Source: Octopus vulgaris
Taxonomy: Eukaryota
DNA length: 64,000 nt
Assembly (NCBI GenBank): GCA_951406725.2
Contig: OX597820.1
Span: 123,194,001-123,258,000 of the forward strand
Reading direction: 5' to 3'
Position 1 is the stretch's first letter. Each line of letters starts with the position of its first letter. A program made the position numbers and the translations under genes. Shown piece by piece: positions 1 through 13,640 of this stretch. A model generated the notes under the pieces. That model had not been told where the DNA came from and searched no databases. It saw only the letters and a list, made by a program, of their open reading frames with translations.

Positions 1-489
1 TGCCAACCAAGTGTGGCGTCCTATACGGGACAGTGCTACTGACGTTTATAGCCCCAGGAAGACATCTCTTCCAGCTGGCTAACGACACACGTTCTGTATC
101 CGATTAGTATTTGCTATGGGAGGTCATCGCTCCCATCCCTAGCCTTACGTGATACATGTATATATATATAATTAAAATTCAGTTGAATTAGGCACTTAAA
201 TTGAAGCACAGTGCTACCTCGGTATGACACGCATACCCAAACAATATTAATTGAAAATTGAATATCAAGATTCCGTGCAGGGGTGTTTGTACCTGATATA
301 CCTGCTGTGTGTGCAGGCAACGCAACCCATCTAAGTGAAGATATCCGCTCTTGGTAATTCAGACATGTACTTTTATAAAGGTACTTTCTATAGTATTTCC
401 GAAGTGTAGATTCCAAGTTAGGTGAAACGGCCGTAATGAATTGACACCTGTACATCTTTGTTACTTATATATATATATCATCATCATCA

Positions 490-569
<80 letters not shown>

Positions 570-599
570 ATTATTATCATTAAACAAGTGGATAGATTT

Positions 600-906
600 G
601 TACCGGCATTGCTGGAAAAATGACTCGAGCAGCCACACAAAGTGAGAGAGCGAGCTAAAGCACCTATCTATGGTGAAAAAAACTCACAAAATGAAGTAAA
701 CAGATATATTCTTGTGGTATGTGTATTTCTGCCTCTCCTATATCAGGTCTTAGATGCCTTTCCAAAAGTGCTACGCATACTGTTTTATTGTATGCAGCAT
801 GGTCTCTCGGGAATGAGATTTTCGTTTTGCTGTTGAGGGGCAACAGCTCTCCGATATTTAGAAGATATATTTTTATAACATCTGCCTTGGTGTCACTGGT
901 GGCCAT
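600..906 (-). pseudogene. Fragment of the N-terminal APE/EEP endonuclease of a CR1-type LINE
   Basis: ORF 664..906 reads LLNIGELL..KTKISFPRDHA..VCVALLERHLRPDIGEAEIHIP, resembling the LLNIxGL...ALTESHL..DI.DAEI.IP start of CR1-type endonucleases. Confidence 0.55.
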
Positions 907-959
907 CCTATATCTGTATACAAATATAGTCGCTATGTTTGATCGCTAAATCCACAAGA

Positions 960-1120
960 TTGTTATACTCTCTCTGTTTATTTTCTCTTATTCCTTTCTG
1001 TTGAAGAGCGTAGGCTCGAAACGTAAAAGACTTTTTCATTTTCCCGAGCGTCAGACTAACACCTTCTTGTTGTTCATACACCTGTCTTCGTCTTTTATTT
1101 CTCTGTAAATTTCAACTATA
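960..1120 (+). mobile_element. Short HHR-bearing non-autonomous element (Penelope pLTR/retrozyme-like), copy 1
   Basis: Homologous to 21400-21560 (shared HHR and cacctgtcttcgtctttt) and more distantly to 2270-2452; ends in TA-rich microsatellite. Confidence 0.6.
994..1029 (+). ncRNA. Minimal type I hammerhead ribozyme motif, variant core CUGUUGA
   Basis: cttt-ctgttga-a-gagc(gtag)gctc-gaaa-cg-ta-aaag: stem I cttt/aaag, stem II gagc/gctc, palindromic ACGU stem III, GUA site. Confidence 0.7.
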
Positions 1121-1174
1121 CATACATAAATATATATACATATAGACATGTACATATATATACATACATACATA

Positions 1175-1450
1175 CATGGCGGCTGTCCCCTCGTTATCGA
1201 GTATGGCCATTGCACGAAGCTTAATCAATGTTGTTATCGTGCAATGCCTGTGCAAGAAGATATTTTTTAAAGTGAGGAAAGGCTGTGCACTGAATCAATC
1301 CCACTCACTAAGCAACAGCAGCCATAATCCGAAAAGAAGAACAAGTCAACATCATCGGTAACCGCTGAGCCGCAGGTTTTATGTCGGAGTTATCCCAGTT
1401 ACCTGAGTTACCTTCTCCTAGAAGGATGCCCTAACAAAGGCTAGGAGTCC

Positions 1451-1452
<2 letters not shown>
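1175..1452 (-). mobile_element. RTE-related SINE fragment
   Basis: The motif ccttctcctagaaggatgccctaacaaaggctaggagtcc resembles the reverse of the RTE 5'-derived SINE central domain; flanked by (ACAT)n. Confidence 0.35.
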
Positions 1453-1481
<29 letters not shown>

Positions 1482-1525
1482 CATACATACATACATACAT
1501 ACATACATACATACATACAACATAC

Positions 1526-1583
<58 letters not shown>

Positions 1584-1724
1584 TTCGTTTCATATAGTGG
1601 TCGTATACTATCAACTCAATGTGACAGTCCCGTGAGGGAATTACACCACCGCCATTTAGCCCTAGGAAACATCGACGTCTCCTGTTGGCTTTGACACAAA
1701 GTGCACTTTGTCGCCATCCTGGTA

Positions 1725-1870
1725 AAGTGCACTTGGAAAGAGGTAGCATCACTCATGTCGATACCCATGTTCTGCACTGATTTAAGTTCTGGGATTGTAA
1801 TCCTCTGTGGACCAATGTACCCTGTAAGTTTTATATTCAGTTTTGGACACTGGTAGAGCAGGGTTTGGAA
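1725..1870 (-). pseudogene. CR1-type LINE RT C-terminal fragment
   Basis: Minus strand reads KLTGYIGPQRITIPELKSVQNMGIDMSDATSFQVH, homologous to 6655-6910. Confidence 0.6.
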
Positions 1871-1885
1871 TTTTTCTTATACATA

Positions 1886-2043
1886 TATATATATATATAT
1901 AAGTTCAGTAAAATTTAGATTCAGATGAATATGGTACTTAAGTTGAAGGCTCCAGAATTTAGTATGTTATTATCCATATAATTTAAAATACGGTTATTAC
2001 CCTCGTTGCATATTTTGATTATATATATATGTATATATATATG

Positions 2044-2076
<33 letters not shown>

Positions 2077-2092
2077 GTATATATATATATGT

Positions 2093-2134
<42 letters not shown>

Positions 2135-2178
2135 GTATATATATGTGTGTGTATGTATATATCTATATATATATATAC

Positions 2179-2223
<45 letters not shown>

Positions 2224-2448
2224 CATACACATGTATATATGTGTCTCTTGAGCACCACCAGCAAAAATATTTTTTCCTCTGTCTTCTCTTCTTGGGATCT
2301 TTCCTTCTCCTTGTTTCCGACGAAGAGCTCCGCTCGAAACGTTAAACCCTCCTTCCCTTCTTTCCTGAGCGTCAATAATACTTCAATTGTTCCACGTCCT
2401 CGCGTTGCTGTTTTTTTCTCTTTTTTTCTGTGTTTTCTTGTTTGGATC

Positions 2449-2516
<68 letters not shown>

Positions 2517-2687
2517 ATGAATATATATATATATGTACATGTATATATATATATATATATATATGTACATGTATATATATATGTATATGTATATACCCGT
2601 GTAAATATATACATATATATATATATTATTATTAATATTACTATTATCATTACTATTATCATTATTATTATTGTTATTATTATTGTT

Positions 2688-2718
<31 letters not shown>

Positions 2719-2720
2719 TA

Positions 2721-2785
<65 letters not shown>

Positions 2786-2950
2786 CATCATTATTATCAT
2801 TTATTTCTTGTACTTTTTCCAGCCCAAAGCTGTGGTCATGTTGAGACATCTATTCATACATACAGGATTTATTCATTGAAATATTCGTTCATTCGTTTAT
2901 TGGTTCATTCTGCCATTCCAATATCGTCTACTTTCAAATCTAATATACTT

Positions 2951-3037
<87 letters not shown>

Positions 3038-3091
3038 GAGAGAGAGAAACAGACACAAACATAGACATAGAGTGTATGTATATACTATATA

Positions 3092-3137
<46 letters not shown>

Positions 3138-3181
3138 CATATATACACTCATACATATGTGTGCATGTAGTTATGTATGTG

Positions 3182-3245
<64 letters not shown>

Positions 3246-4059
3246 CTTTCATAAATTAAGCGATGTTTTTAACGTTTTCTGTATATCCATACTTGATCCA
3301 CGAAAATATTTGTTCTGTTCGTGTGGAAAATATCGACCCGAAACCTCGGCCAATATATTCTGCCGTCGATGAAAATAGTACAGGCCCGACAGATTTGTAC
3401 TTAGCTATTATTGGCGCTATTTGTTGTGCTGCTGACTATAGAGGTGTTGTTGTTGTTGGTGGTGCTGGTGCTGCTGGTGCTGCTGTTGTTGCAGAGCGGC
3501 TGGTTTTGTTGTAGTTGCGGTTGCGGTAAATACTGATTGTAATTTTTGTTGCCGATGTTGGTGGTGGTGGTGGTGGTGGTGGTGGTGGTGGTGGTTGTGG
3601 TGGTGGTGGTGGTGGTGGTGGTGGTGGTGGTGGTGGTGGTGGTTGTGCTGTTGAAGAAGTAGCTGTGGAAGATTTTGGTTGTGTTGTTAAATGCTAATGG
3701 ATGGTAGTGGTGACTTGTACTGCTGTTGTTGACAGAGGTGTCGAGACTTGTAGTACTGTGCCTGTTTTTGGTGCGCTGGGTTGTTGATTTGGTTGGTTGG
3801 CTGGTTGGCTGGCTGGCTGGCTGGCTGGTCGGTCGGTCGGTCGGTCGGTCGGTTGGTTGGTCGGTTGGTTGGTTGGTTGGTTGTTTGGTTGGTCGGTCGG
3901 TCGGTCGGAATGGTGACTGGTGTGTTGCAATCTGGTGTTATTGTTGCTGTTCTTGTTCCTAAAGTTCGTAATTGGCGGTTGTGGTGCCCACAAAGCAAGC
4001 AGCAGCCGCAGCAGCAGCCGCAGCAGCAGCAGTAGCAGCAGCAGCAGTAGTATTAGTAT

Positions 4060-4114
<55 letters not shown>

Positions 4115-4130
4115 GGTAGTAACTAGACGA
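1886..4130. repeat. Compound microsatellite field: (TA)n, (ATT)n, (CA)n, (GGT)n, (GGTC/GGTT/GGCT)n, (AGC)n, (AGT)n
   Basis: Directly visible; explains the IYIY, HTHT, poly-I and poly-S ORFs. Confidence 0.95.
2313..2347 (+). ncRNA. Minimal type I hammerhead ribozyme motif, core CCGACGA
   Basis: gttt-ccgacga-a-gagc(tcc)gctc-gaaa-cg-tt-aaac: stem I gttt/aaac, stem II gagc/gctc, ACGU palindrome, GUU site. Confidence 0.75.
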
Positions 4131-4714
4131 TAAAATAAAAGAATAGAAAGATATATTACTATTATTACTGCTGCTGCTACAAATACCATTCTGGCCTTCA
4201 CCGCCGCCCTCGACCACCCTCATCGACTCTACCAATTCCTCCTAGCACCGCAGCCACCTCCGACACCACCACCACCACCACCACCATCTCCTGCTACTGC
4301 CCCTGTTGCTGCTGCTACTGCTGTGCGGTGGCAGTTGTAGTGAGACTTCCGTTTGTTTCTCTATGTTAATGTAGTGCATGTTTATTTATAGCAGTTATTC
4401 TTAAGAATATTGATATTTCTGGTTTGGGGCTTGATGTTGATGCTGTTCTTATTGTTTAGCCCTCGGCCAATATTGATCGAGCAACACTATGTAGGACATT
4501 CCAGATGAGAACATCCCGTGGTTATTAGCGGTTTTGTTGCACCATGTTTATGTAACTTAACAGATTGAGCTTTTAGAATTTAACTGCTGTTTTCAGCAGT
4601 TCAGTCGATCACGTTGCCGTTTGTAGTGTTGCTAACGGTCAAAGTAGTTGCAGCTGGGATGTTAAGGTTGTGCAGGCCATTTGAGTTGATTGAATGAAGG
4701 GGTATTGTTGTTTC

Positions 4715-5128
4715 GGATCTTTTCGGTTTGAACGGCAGTTTTAACATAATTTCTAAGTAACTTAAAAAATTTAAACTTCGTATATTGGTAAAATGTGTTT
4801 ATAAAACATCTTTTTCGCTTGGCTTTATTGAGAAGATTCTATAGTTTGTAAGATATTTGTTGTTTTTTCTTCAATTTCTTCAATTTCAACCAATCAATAA
4901 CCGTCTATTGAGGTGAAAACATTCTGTGCCGTATGAATATGTCCCTCGTTTAAGAAACAGATTGGGTTTATTTACATTTGTGAAGAAAAAAAGATAGTCT
5001 TCCCGCCACCCCTAACCCTAACCCTAAAAGAGATTGAAATGCAATAGATGGATTCTAGGGTCATAATTATGGGTGACAATTTCAAATGACACCGCTAGAA
5101 AAAACTGCCGTTCAAACCGAAAAGATCC
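4715..5128. mobile_element. ~415-bp MITE with 28-bp TIR GGATCTTTTCGGTTTGAACGGCAGTTTT and internal (CCCTAA)n; copy 1
   Basis: Perfect TIRs; 8-bp TSD gttgtttc at 4707-4714 and 5129-5136. Confidence 0.9.
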
Positions 5129-5347
5129 GTTGTTTCACTTCAGACAATGCTTATTGAGCAGACCCCATGATCCCGTCTAGAAATGCTGTCTTTCTAAGTG
5201 TATAGAAGTTTATGCTAAGGTGTTCTGTTGTTATATAAAACTGGACGGTGTGAAGATTTGACTGCTATTTCTGCCAAGTCGAGCAACAGGGTAATTCACT
5301 TCTGAGCTAATTGACGTTACTTCTGAGCTTATTGAGCTTATTGACGT

Positions 5348-5393
<46 letters not shown>

Positions 5394-5597
5394 GCTGCTA
5401 CTACTACTACCACTAGCAGCATCAGCAGTTAGTCCTCAAGGAGATAGCATGTAGTTTGGTAATATAGATAAGTACAAATGTTACTTGTTTTTGTGATATG
5501 GTGACAGTGGTGGTGGTGGTGCTGGTGGTGGTGCTGGTGGTGGTGGTGATGGTGCTGGTGGCAGTGAGGGCTTTGGAGGGCGTAGTGGTGATAGCCG

Positions 5598-5855
5598 CTT
5601 TTATCAATTCAATAATGAAAAATTAAATTATACCATCTAGAAAATTACATATCATAGAAAGATTAAATATAAGATAAAAAATATAATGATGATTAAGTAA
5701 TGTGCAAAATAATAAATAAAAGGTATATATATTTTATTTATTATTTTGCATATTACTTAATCATCGTTATATGTTTTATCTTATATTTAATCTTTCTATA
5801 ATATATAATTTTCTAGATGGTATAATTTAATTTTTCATTATTGAATTGATAAAAG
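5598..5855. repeat. Long AT-rich near-perfect palindrome (fold-back)
   Basis: cttttatcaattcaataatgaaaaattaaattataccatctagaaaatta... is mirrored by ...taattttctagatggtataatttaatttttcattattgaattgataaaag; arms ~120 bp. Confidence 0.9.
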
Positions 5856-5953
5856 ATATTTTTTCTAATTTATATATATATTATATTTTGTAAATTTGAT
5901 TTAGTATTTCTAAATTGAATTTTTCCCTGTAAGTTTGGAATAATATTCCCTCA

Positions 5954-6020
<67 letters not shown>

Positions 6021-6023
<3 letters not shown>

Positions 6024-6436
6024 TAGTTTTATTTTTATAGCGTGCTTTCACTTCACTACCGAGCGCAGCTCTGTGTGCCTTGGGTATGTGCTGTGATTTG
6101 TTGTGATGTTCTGATGGTTATTGTATGGAAAGTGTTCTGCGTAGGATGTGTGCAGTGCCTAGTAGTGCAATTTTCTGCTGTTTTTGTTATGTATTTGTCT
6201 GAATATATCATGCCTAATGCACCTACTATGATAGGAATTGTTTCTGTTTTCAGATTCCACATTCTAGTTACCTCTATTTCCAGGTCTTTGTATTTTGAGA
6301 GTTTCTCCATTTCTTTTAGAGACACGTTGTCATCAGCCGGTATTGATACAGCAATTAGAAAGCATTTTTTTTCTTCATGGTCTCTGACAACTATATCTGG
6401 TCTGTTGGCCTTAATTTCTCTATCTGTGTGTATCGG

Positions 6437-6438
<2 letters not shown>
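6021..6438 (-). mobile_element. 3' end of a Dong/R4-type non-LTR retrotransposon (restriction-like endonuclease) inserted in (TAA)n
   Basis: TDREIKANRPDIVVRD..KKCFLIAVSIP..EKLSKYKDLEIEVTRMW..IPIIVGALG is the RLE PD-(D/E)xK signature; (ATT)n on both sides. Confidence 0.85.
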
Positions 6439-6485
<47 letters not shown>

Positions 6486-6489
6486 GTTA

Positions 6490-6562
<73 letters not shown>

Positions 6563-6572
6563 TGTTATTATT

Positions 6573-6654
<82 letters not shown>

Positions 6655-6658
<4 letters not shown>

Positions 6659-6910
6659 ACAGATGGGCTGAAGACAATATTATACAGTTTAATTCTGGGA
6701 AATACCGAGCCCTGCGCTACCATCACCCAAAACAGAAAGTAAAACTTACAGGATACACTGGTCCACGGAGGATTACAGTCCCAGAACCTAAATCAGTGCG
6801 AGACCTGGGTGTCGACATGAGTGATGATACCTCTTTCCAAGTGCACATTATGAAGATGGCGACAAAGGGCAGACGATTGGCTGGAACCTGAGAACCTTCA
6901 GAAGGAGACC
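6655..6910 (+). pseudogene. CR1-type LINE RT C-terminal fragment
   Basis: IYRWAEDNIIQFNSGKY...VRDLGVDMSDD.SFQVHI, similar to the equivalent region of the 16098-18131 ORF. Confidence 0.75.
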
Positions 6911-6914
6911 ATAA

Positions 6915-7530
6915 TGGTCCTTTGGGAAAAACGACGGCCGAAACAGTTGTTCTTCAAACAATTTACAGGGATGCTGCCATGGGCAAAACACAAGTTTACG
7001 AGTGGTTTTCATGTTTTCAGAATGGTCACTTGTCGCTTGAGTACCAACCTCGTTCAGGGCAACTATCGACTTCCTGAAAATATGGAAACATCATGAACAG
7101 ATTTTGGAGGACCACCACCGAACAAATAACGAAATTTGTTGATATGATCGGTGCGTCCTGGAGCTCCTGCCAACGAATTTTGAGCGAGGAATTGTAAATG
7201 AACAGAGTTGGAGCAAAATTTGTGCCTTGCTTGCTCCCGGCAGATGAAAAGCAGTCACGACTAAATGCGTGTCGTGAACGTAAAGAACATTTGGGAGTTG
7301 ATACGGCCTATTTATCAAGGGTCATCACTAGAAACGAAAGCTGATGTTACGGAATTTGCAGATATGGAAGAGCTGAAGGAAAAAAATACGACGGAAGCGT
7401 TAAAAATGCTTCGAATAGTGGAAAATGTGTCTGGACCGAGGCATTGCTTCAAATGTAAAACACTAAGAAGGCGATAAAAGTGTAAACATGTAAAACTAAG
7501 TGAATAGAATAACTGGGCCTATCCTTTTAT
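6915..7530 (+). mobile_element. Degenerate, internally deleted mariner transposase
   Basis: Frameshifted pieces GKTQVYEWFSCFQNG..LEYQPRSG, CQRILSEEL, GAKFVPCLL and FADMEELKEK match the mariner HTH and WVPHEL-like motifs. Confidence 0.75.
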
Positions 7531-7539
7531 ATATAGCTA

Positions 7540-7659
7540 TAATGTGTGTGTGTATGTGTGTGTGCATGCATGCACATACACATGCATACATACATACATA
7601 CATACATACATACATACATACATACATACATACATACATACATACTTACATACATACAT

Positions 7660-7694
<35 letters not shown>

Positions 7695-7940
7695 TACACA
7701 CACATATACAATGCACACATACATACATACTTATATACATACACACATACATACATCATACATACATACATACATACACACACATACACACACATACACA
7801 CATACATACACACACATACACACACATATACAATGCACACATACATACATACTTATATACATACATACATACATACATACATACACACACATACACACAC
7901 ATACATACATACACACACACATACACACACATACATACAT

Positions 7941-7971
<31 letters not shown>

Positions 7972-7996
7972 TACATACATACACACACACATACAC

Positions 7997-8027
<31 letters not shown>

Positions 8028-8178
8028 CATACATACATACATACATACACACATACACACACATACATACATACATACACACACACATACACACATACAT
8101 ACACACACACACACACACACATACATACATACACACATACATACATACATACATACATACATACACACATACATACAT
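7540..8178. repeat. Degenerate (ACAT/AC)n microsatellite array
   Basis: Directly visible. Confidence 0.95.
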
Positions 8179-10869
8179 GGCCTTTGCTATGCACAGTTTT
8201 GGTTTGCGTCATATATTCTTACTTTTGTAATTTACATAAATGAATTTAAAATGTCATTTCGTAGTTTTTGTTTCTTTTTTTTTTCTTTCCTTTCGTTTTA
8301 CTTTAATTTTATATCTGCTGTCTTGAAGTAGCCGCACGCTAAAACTGCAGTTAAGTTAGATTTGCTTTACATTGTTCGTTATTTGCCTGATTGAATAACA
8401 CAACTAAATGTTTCAAATGTCAGAAGCAAATACTGATAAGAAAGGCGATTTCACTACCCAGCAATATAAAAATATGAAATCACCTTCAAATTGGAAAGTC
8501 CTAAGATTGCAACAATTATATTATCAGCAGATAAAAGTAAAACCAACGAAGCCACTGGGTCATTCATAATCTGAAACAAATCATACATAACACCATTGTA
8601 GGAAGATAGAAAATAGCCTTGTTTTTATTTTGGATAGAACATAGACCCCACAAAAGGTTTATCTATAGAGATCTTTGTTATGAAGTGAAATGAAATATGA
8701 ATTGTTAATCCAATCGATCGTTTCATTAATTAAAGCAAGACTCAGTCATTAACGAATGACTCGGAAATTTTAAAAATCAAGTCATTACGAAATTGGACAG
8801 TGAACGAAATTGGACGAAATGGAAACTTAGGAGAAATTTATGCCATATTTTGTTAAAGTAATAGAACAATTTACTATTTTTAGAGCAAATATATATAACT
8901 GTTGAAACTTATCTTCTGTGGAAGTAAATACCACAGAGAAAAAAATCGTTTGCGAATTCAATAGAACCAAAAATCATAGAAGTCTATTATTTAACTGTAA
9001 TGCAATAAAGATTCTCTTTCATTAATCTTTATTAATTAATAGAATTTTTCATGTCATTGTAAGAGGGCTTTAAATAAAAAAATATCTTCCCAATACGTCG
9101 GCATGCTGTTATATTCGTTTTATAAGAACTTCGCTCTAACTCGGAAATTTATGCAAAATACAATATTGACTTCGAAATTTTATTACTAATCAATAAAATT
9201 CTATTATAGCTTGTGATTTAGCAAACAGAAATGTTAAAAGTTATTTACATACCATCAGCGATACACCTTTATTCAAACCATTATATCAAGGTATAATTTG
9301 TACTTTAAAGAGAAAATATGCTATTCGTTCTATAAAAATTCACAGTATGTTGTAAAATAAAACTACTTATTAGGGTACAGAAGTAACTTAACATTTTTCG
9401 TTGTGTAGAATTTATTGCAATAAGAATGTGTGAAAGTAAGGAAGGCACTTAAGTGCATGACGGAAGTCCATTTAATCTGGACTAGTTCTGAATGGTAGTG
9501 ATGCAGAAACAAATAAAAATCTAAACGTATTTTTAATTAATATCTGCTATTCAATATAAGTTGAAGAACGAGATAGTCTCGTTGTATGATAGACTGAGAA
9601 ATTGTTTAAAGAACGATGTTGAAGAAGGAAGATTTAGTTATCATGGTCGCAATAATTCCAAATGACAAAAGAGACTTTGATGTTGATAAACTAGGGACAA
9701 CTATTAAAGAATGGACTGCAAATGGTAAGACGTCTGGAAAATCGTTTTCTAATAATGGTTCTAATAAGGAACGAGATGTGAAATTTCGAAAAGGAAATAA
9801 GGGGCTGAAACTGATTTGAAACAAGTTACACAACTTGCTGGTTATCCTGATCATAGAAGAACAAGGAACAACCACAGAAAGCATAAAAGTATTTGAATGC
9901 TTCGAAGTCAAAAAATATCAGTCAATAAAGCATACACAGAAATGTCGTACATAATTGCTACAGAATTAACTTTAGTTCTTGGCTCTAGCCATCGTAGAAG
10001 CGCCGGACTGGACACCTCTTTCAAAGGTGTCCAGTACCATTATATCAATTTCAGAACTATTTCAGTGAAGTACTTAGTTTATTGGTATCTGTCGAATGCT
10101 CCGATACCGAAGAGTGAGAGAGAAAAAGAAAGAGAGAGACAGAGAGGGGGAGAGAAAAAGAGAGAGATAGAGCGAGAGAGAGAAAGAAAGAGAGAGAGAG
10201 AGACTGAGAGAGAAAGGAAAAAAGAAAGAAAGAGAGAGAGAGAATGTAAAGAGCTACAGTCTATGGTTCTCATAAGGGTGAAAATATAAACACGGACTCA
10301 GGCACACACACATAGGCACAAAAGCGTGCGCGCACACGCACACACGCACACACCCCCCCCCCCACACACACACACACAAACACATACACACTTATATATA
10401 TATTTATATAACAATTGTATCATTATCTCCGTTTCAATAAATAATTGTTTAACTTTTGTTTCCTTGTTGGTGTTATCATTAAAACGTATTTTTCTCGACT
10501 TAAACGATTTGTATGGATACTGGTAGAAACAACATATATATGTGTGCAGTGGTGGACTGACCAGGTTGCCAGCTTGACCGATGGCAAGTGGGCTCCTGCG
10601 CCATTAGAATACATGTATGGTGGCCCATGTTAGTATCTAAGGGGCCCATCCCCTCAAGTTTGAGAATTTCTTATTCTCTCCTGGAAGAATGCATTAATTA
10701 AGCCTGGCTATGTTTGTAGTCAGTTGAAAAGAATACTTTTAACAAAAAAAAACAAAAAAAATTAAACGGTAGCATTGTGGTCACGGGTGAACCCCCTTAG
10801 TCTCCTAGCAACTAATATTTTTAAACCCAGTCTGCCACTGTATGTGTGTGTGTGTGTGCGCGGTTTTCC

Positions 10870-11175
10870 GTAAGAGAAACTTACTTTCACAGGAGGCAGA
10901 GAAATAGGAAACAGGTTATTTAGTACGGCCTGACTTTCTCAAGGAGTGTGAAAAACAACAACGTTATCGGAAACTTTTTCTTGATTCTAGAGAAAGATTT
11001 TCCCTTCAAGAATAGGTACGAAAACATTCTCAACAGGAACACTTTCAAGCTCTCCTACTCCACCACAGGAATCGTCTCTAGAATGAAACTTGCTAAATAT
11101 AATAGGCGGGCTTGTTTAGGGGAAACGGTCAATTACGAAGCTACCCTTCGAGTTAATCCTAATGAATGCATAAAT
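10870..11175 (+). pseudogene. Penelope-like element fragment (RT C-terminus/linker into GIY-YIG)
   Basis: FSRSVKNNNVIGNFFLILEKDFPFKNRYENILNRNTFKLSYS matches the PLE motif FSxxVxTNIG..FL..IDK.FP...IFNRNT.K.SYS; followed by CLGETVNYEATL. Confidence 0.8.
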
Positions 11176-11213
11176 ATTTATATATTAATTTCGCTTTTTT
11201 TTATCATGTCATA

Positions 11214-11609
11214 TCTTTATATATAAAAGTGAGGTTGTGTGCTGTCTGTCTCCTACGATTTAGATTCCTAACTACTCCCACATTTTGCGGTGCAGTTTAA
11301 CCAAAACCGGGAATCTTATAGTCGTGATTCATATCGAGCCCTTCTGGGTATTAGCGCGCGTCTACGATGAGTCTACGATTAAAAAAAAAAAATTATCATC
11401 AATTTTTCCCATTTTTAATGCATTTTTGGCATATATAAGGGAAGTAACTCTCTAAAAATTTATTATTAAATCTCAGAACGTAAAAAGCTACAGTAACACC
11501 CCCCTTTGTGGTTAACCATATTGAGATGGCTATTATACTTTACATCTCTAAAAATGCTTATATAGTTATTTCCCTTACAAACCCGAGCAACGCCGGGCGA
11601 TACTGCTAG
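11214..11609 (+). mobile_element. Non-autonomous Helitron
   Basis: 5' TC (a|tctttatatataaaag); 3' hairpin cccgagcaacgccggg then CTAG|t; inserted between A and T without TSD. Confidence 0.8.
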
Positions 11610-12024
11610 TATTCTATATTTTTGCTTATCTCTTTTATGGCTTCCAGCTTACTTTCTTCTTTCCTTCGTTCTTTCTCTCTTTATTTTTCCTCCTCTTCCT
11701 GTTTTCTTTCCATTTCTTTCTCAAAATATTACGCAAAATGCCTCGCCTTCTACTCAGTTCCCCAATTCTTATATCTTTTGTCTGTAGCATAATACAATAA
11801 AATGTTCCCTGATGATCCGTTCTGGTTAAGCATCCAATTCTAATTGGAACACCCAATGCAAAGTTCCAAGCAAGTATAATGGTGAAACGTACGCAGAAAG
11901 TAATAATATAAACTTGTGTTTATCGTAATTTGTCATATATATATATATATATATATATAATTAATCAAAGGACATACTAAGTATGCCTACCTGCTGGAAG
12001 TAACAGTCAAAACTCTTATCTGTA

Positions 12025-12180
12025 ATTATTGAGGCCCTGGGATATGCAACACACTGCCTAAATACCAATCTTGAGAAATTAGGCTTCTCAAAACTAGAGA
12101 GAAAGCTAATTCAAAGACTACAGATCCAATCCATCACTGGAATTGTAAAAATCTGTAAAACTTTCCAGCTTATCATTTAA
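12025..12180 (+). pseudogene. C-terminal fragment of an RLE-type (R2/R4-like) LINE
   Basis: IIIEALGYATHCLNTNLEKLGF...LQIQSITGIVKICKTF followed by a stop. Confidence 0.6.
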
Positions 12181-12267
12181 TTATATATATTAGAATGTCT
12201 AGATATGCAACTCTATGCATGAGAATACATACATAAAACATACAAATCTACACATACACACACACAT

Positions 12268-12302
<35 letters not shown>

Positions 12303-12377
12303 TGCAAACACACACACACATACATACATACATACATACATACATACATACATACATACATACATACATACATACTC

Positions 12378-13640
12378 TTGAACACAACTTTCATTACTGC
12401 ATCCTTCCTGTCTTTTGGCATAACTTCATTTTTCCATATCTTCTGTATTACTGCTGTCAGCATTTCTAGCAAAGTGTTCCCCCACCCCACCCCCAACTTA
12501 AATAGTTCCACATTCAGACTATCAACTCCTGGTGCTTTACCATTGTCCAGCTCCGATACTGATTTTATTGTTTACTCCACTGACAGGGTGTCATCTAAGC
12601 ACTCAATGGGTGCATTCCGTGGACTCATCTGAAAACTTTTTTCAACAACTGATGGTCGATTCAGAAGTTCATTGAAATGTTCCTCCAATCGTTTTAAGAT
12701 GTCTTTGGGCTCCCTCAGTAAAACACCATTCCTCTATTCTTCACATGAGCCAGAGTAGGACATGATGGCCCATACACTTCACGAAGGAGAGTATAGAATA
12801 AATTAGTGTTCTTAACATTGGAAGCAGCCTCAAATCTCTTCTGCTTTCTTCCAAGTATCCTGCATTCTTCGAATCTTTCTTTGAACGTCTGCTTTTATCT
12901 CTTTGAAAAAAAAAGCTCTGCTTTGGTCAGAATCATTTGCTAGTAATGCCTTTCGTTTTTCTTCCATGAAATGTTGAATATTTCCATCACTTTCATCAAA
13001 CCAATCTTGATGTTTCTTCTTCTTTACTCCTAAAACTCCTTTACCTAAATTGTATGGGAAGCCATTGCTGTGACTATTTCCCACTCCGTGTCTTCCAGTC
13101 ACATGATCTTTACCAACTCTAGTATTAAAATCGCCCAATATGATATAATCTTATCCTAGCGTGGAATTTTGCAGATATCCTCTTTCAGCACATCATAAAA
13201 GGAGAGCTTTTCATTTTTACTTGCATTCATAGTTAGTGCATAAACACTAACAAGAGTTAGGTATCGACATTTTTTAAAGGCAACCTTGGCAATATCATTC
13301 TATTATTTACACTGTATGGCAATTCCTCTAACTTATAAATCAAGAAGGCTTTCAGAGCAAAGCAACACAACTTCCTTTTTTGCAAATTTCTTTTTCTCCT
13401 TTCCCGCTCCAATAAGATGTGTAGCCACTGGATTTTTCAATAAAGTTACCTTGCTCCTAGTCTCTGATAATGCTACATACTTTTGCTTCTCCTTTACCAA
13501 TGAGAGCAGACCTTCTCTCTGGGTATCTTTTATTTGATTCTGAATCTAGTAATGTTTTTACATTCCAGCATCCAATATTCATGGAAACTTTTCTGTTGTT
13601 GTTGCACGCAGTGGCAGGATGACGACCGAGCCCAGGCTGC
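12378..13640 (-). mobile_element. Degenerate RTE LINE (endonuclease, linker and start of RT)
   Basis: IGCWNVKTLLDS..RYPERRSALI; GDFNTRVGKDH..GRHGVGN; KKHQDWFDESD; ELFKLG..IQKIWKNEVMPKD.KDAVMKVVFK. Confidence 0.85.
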
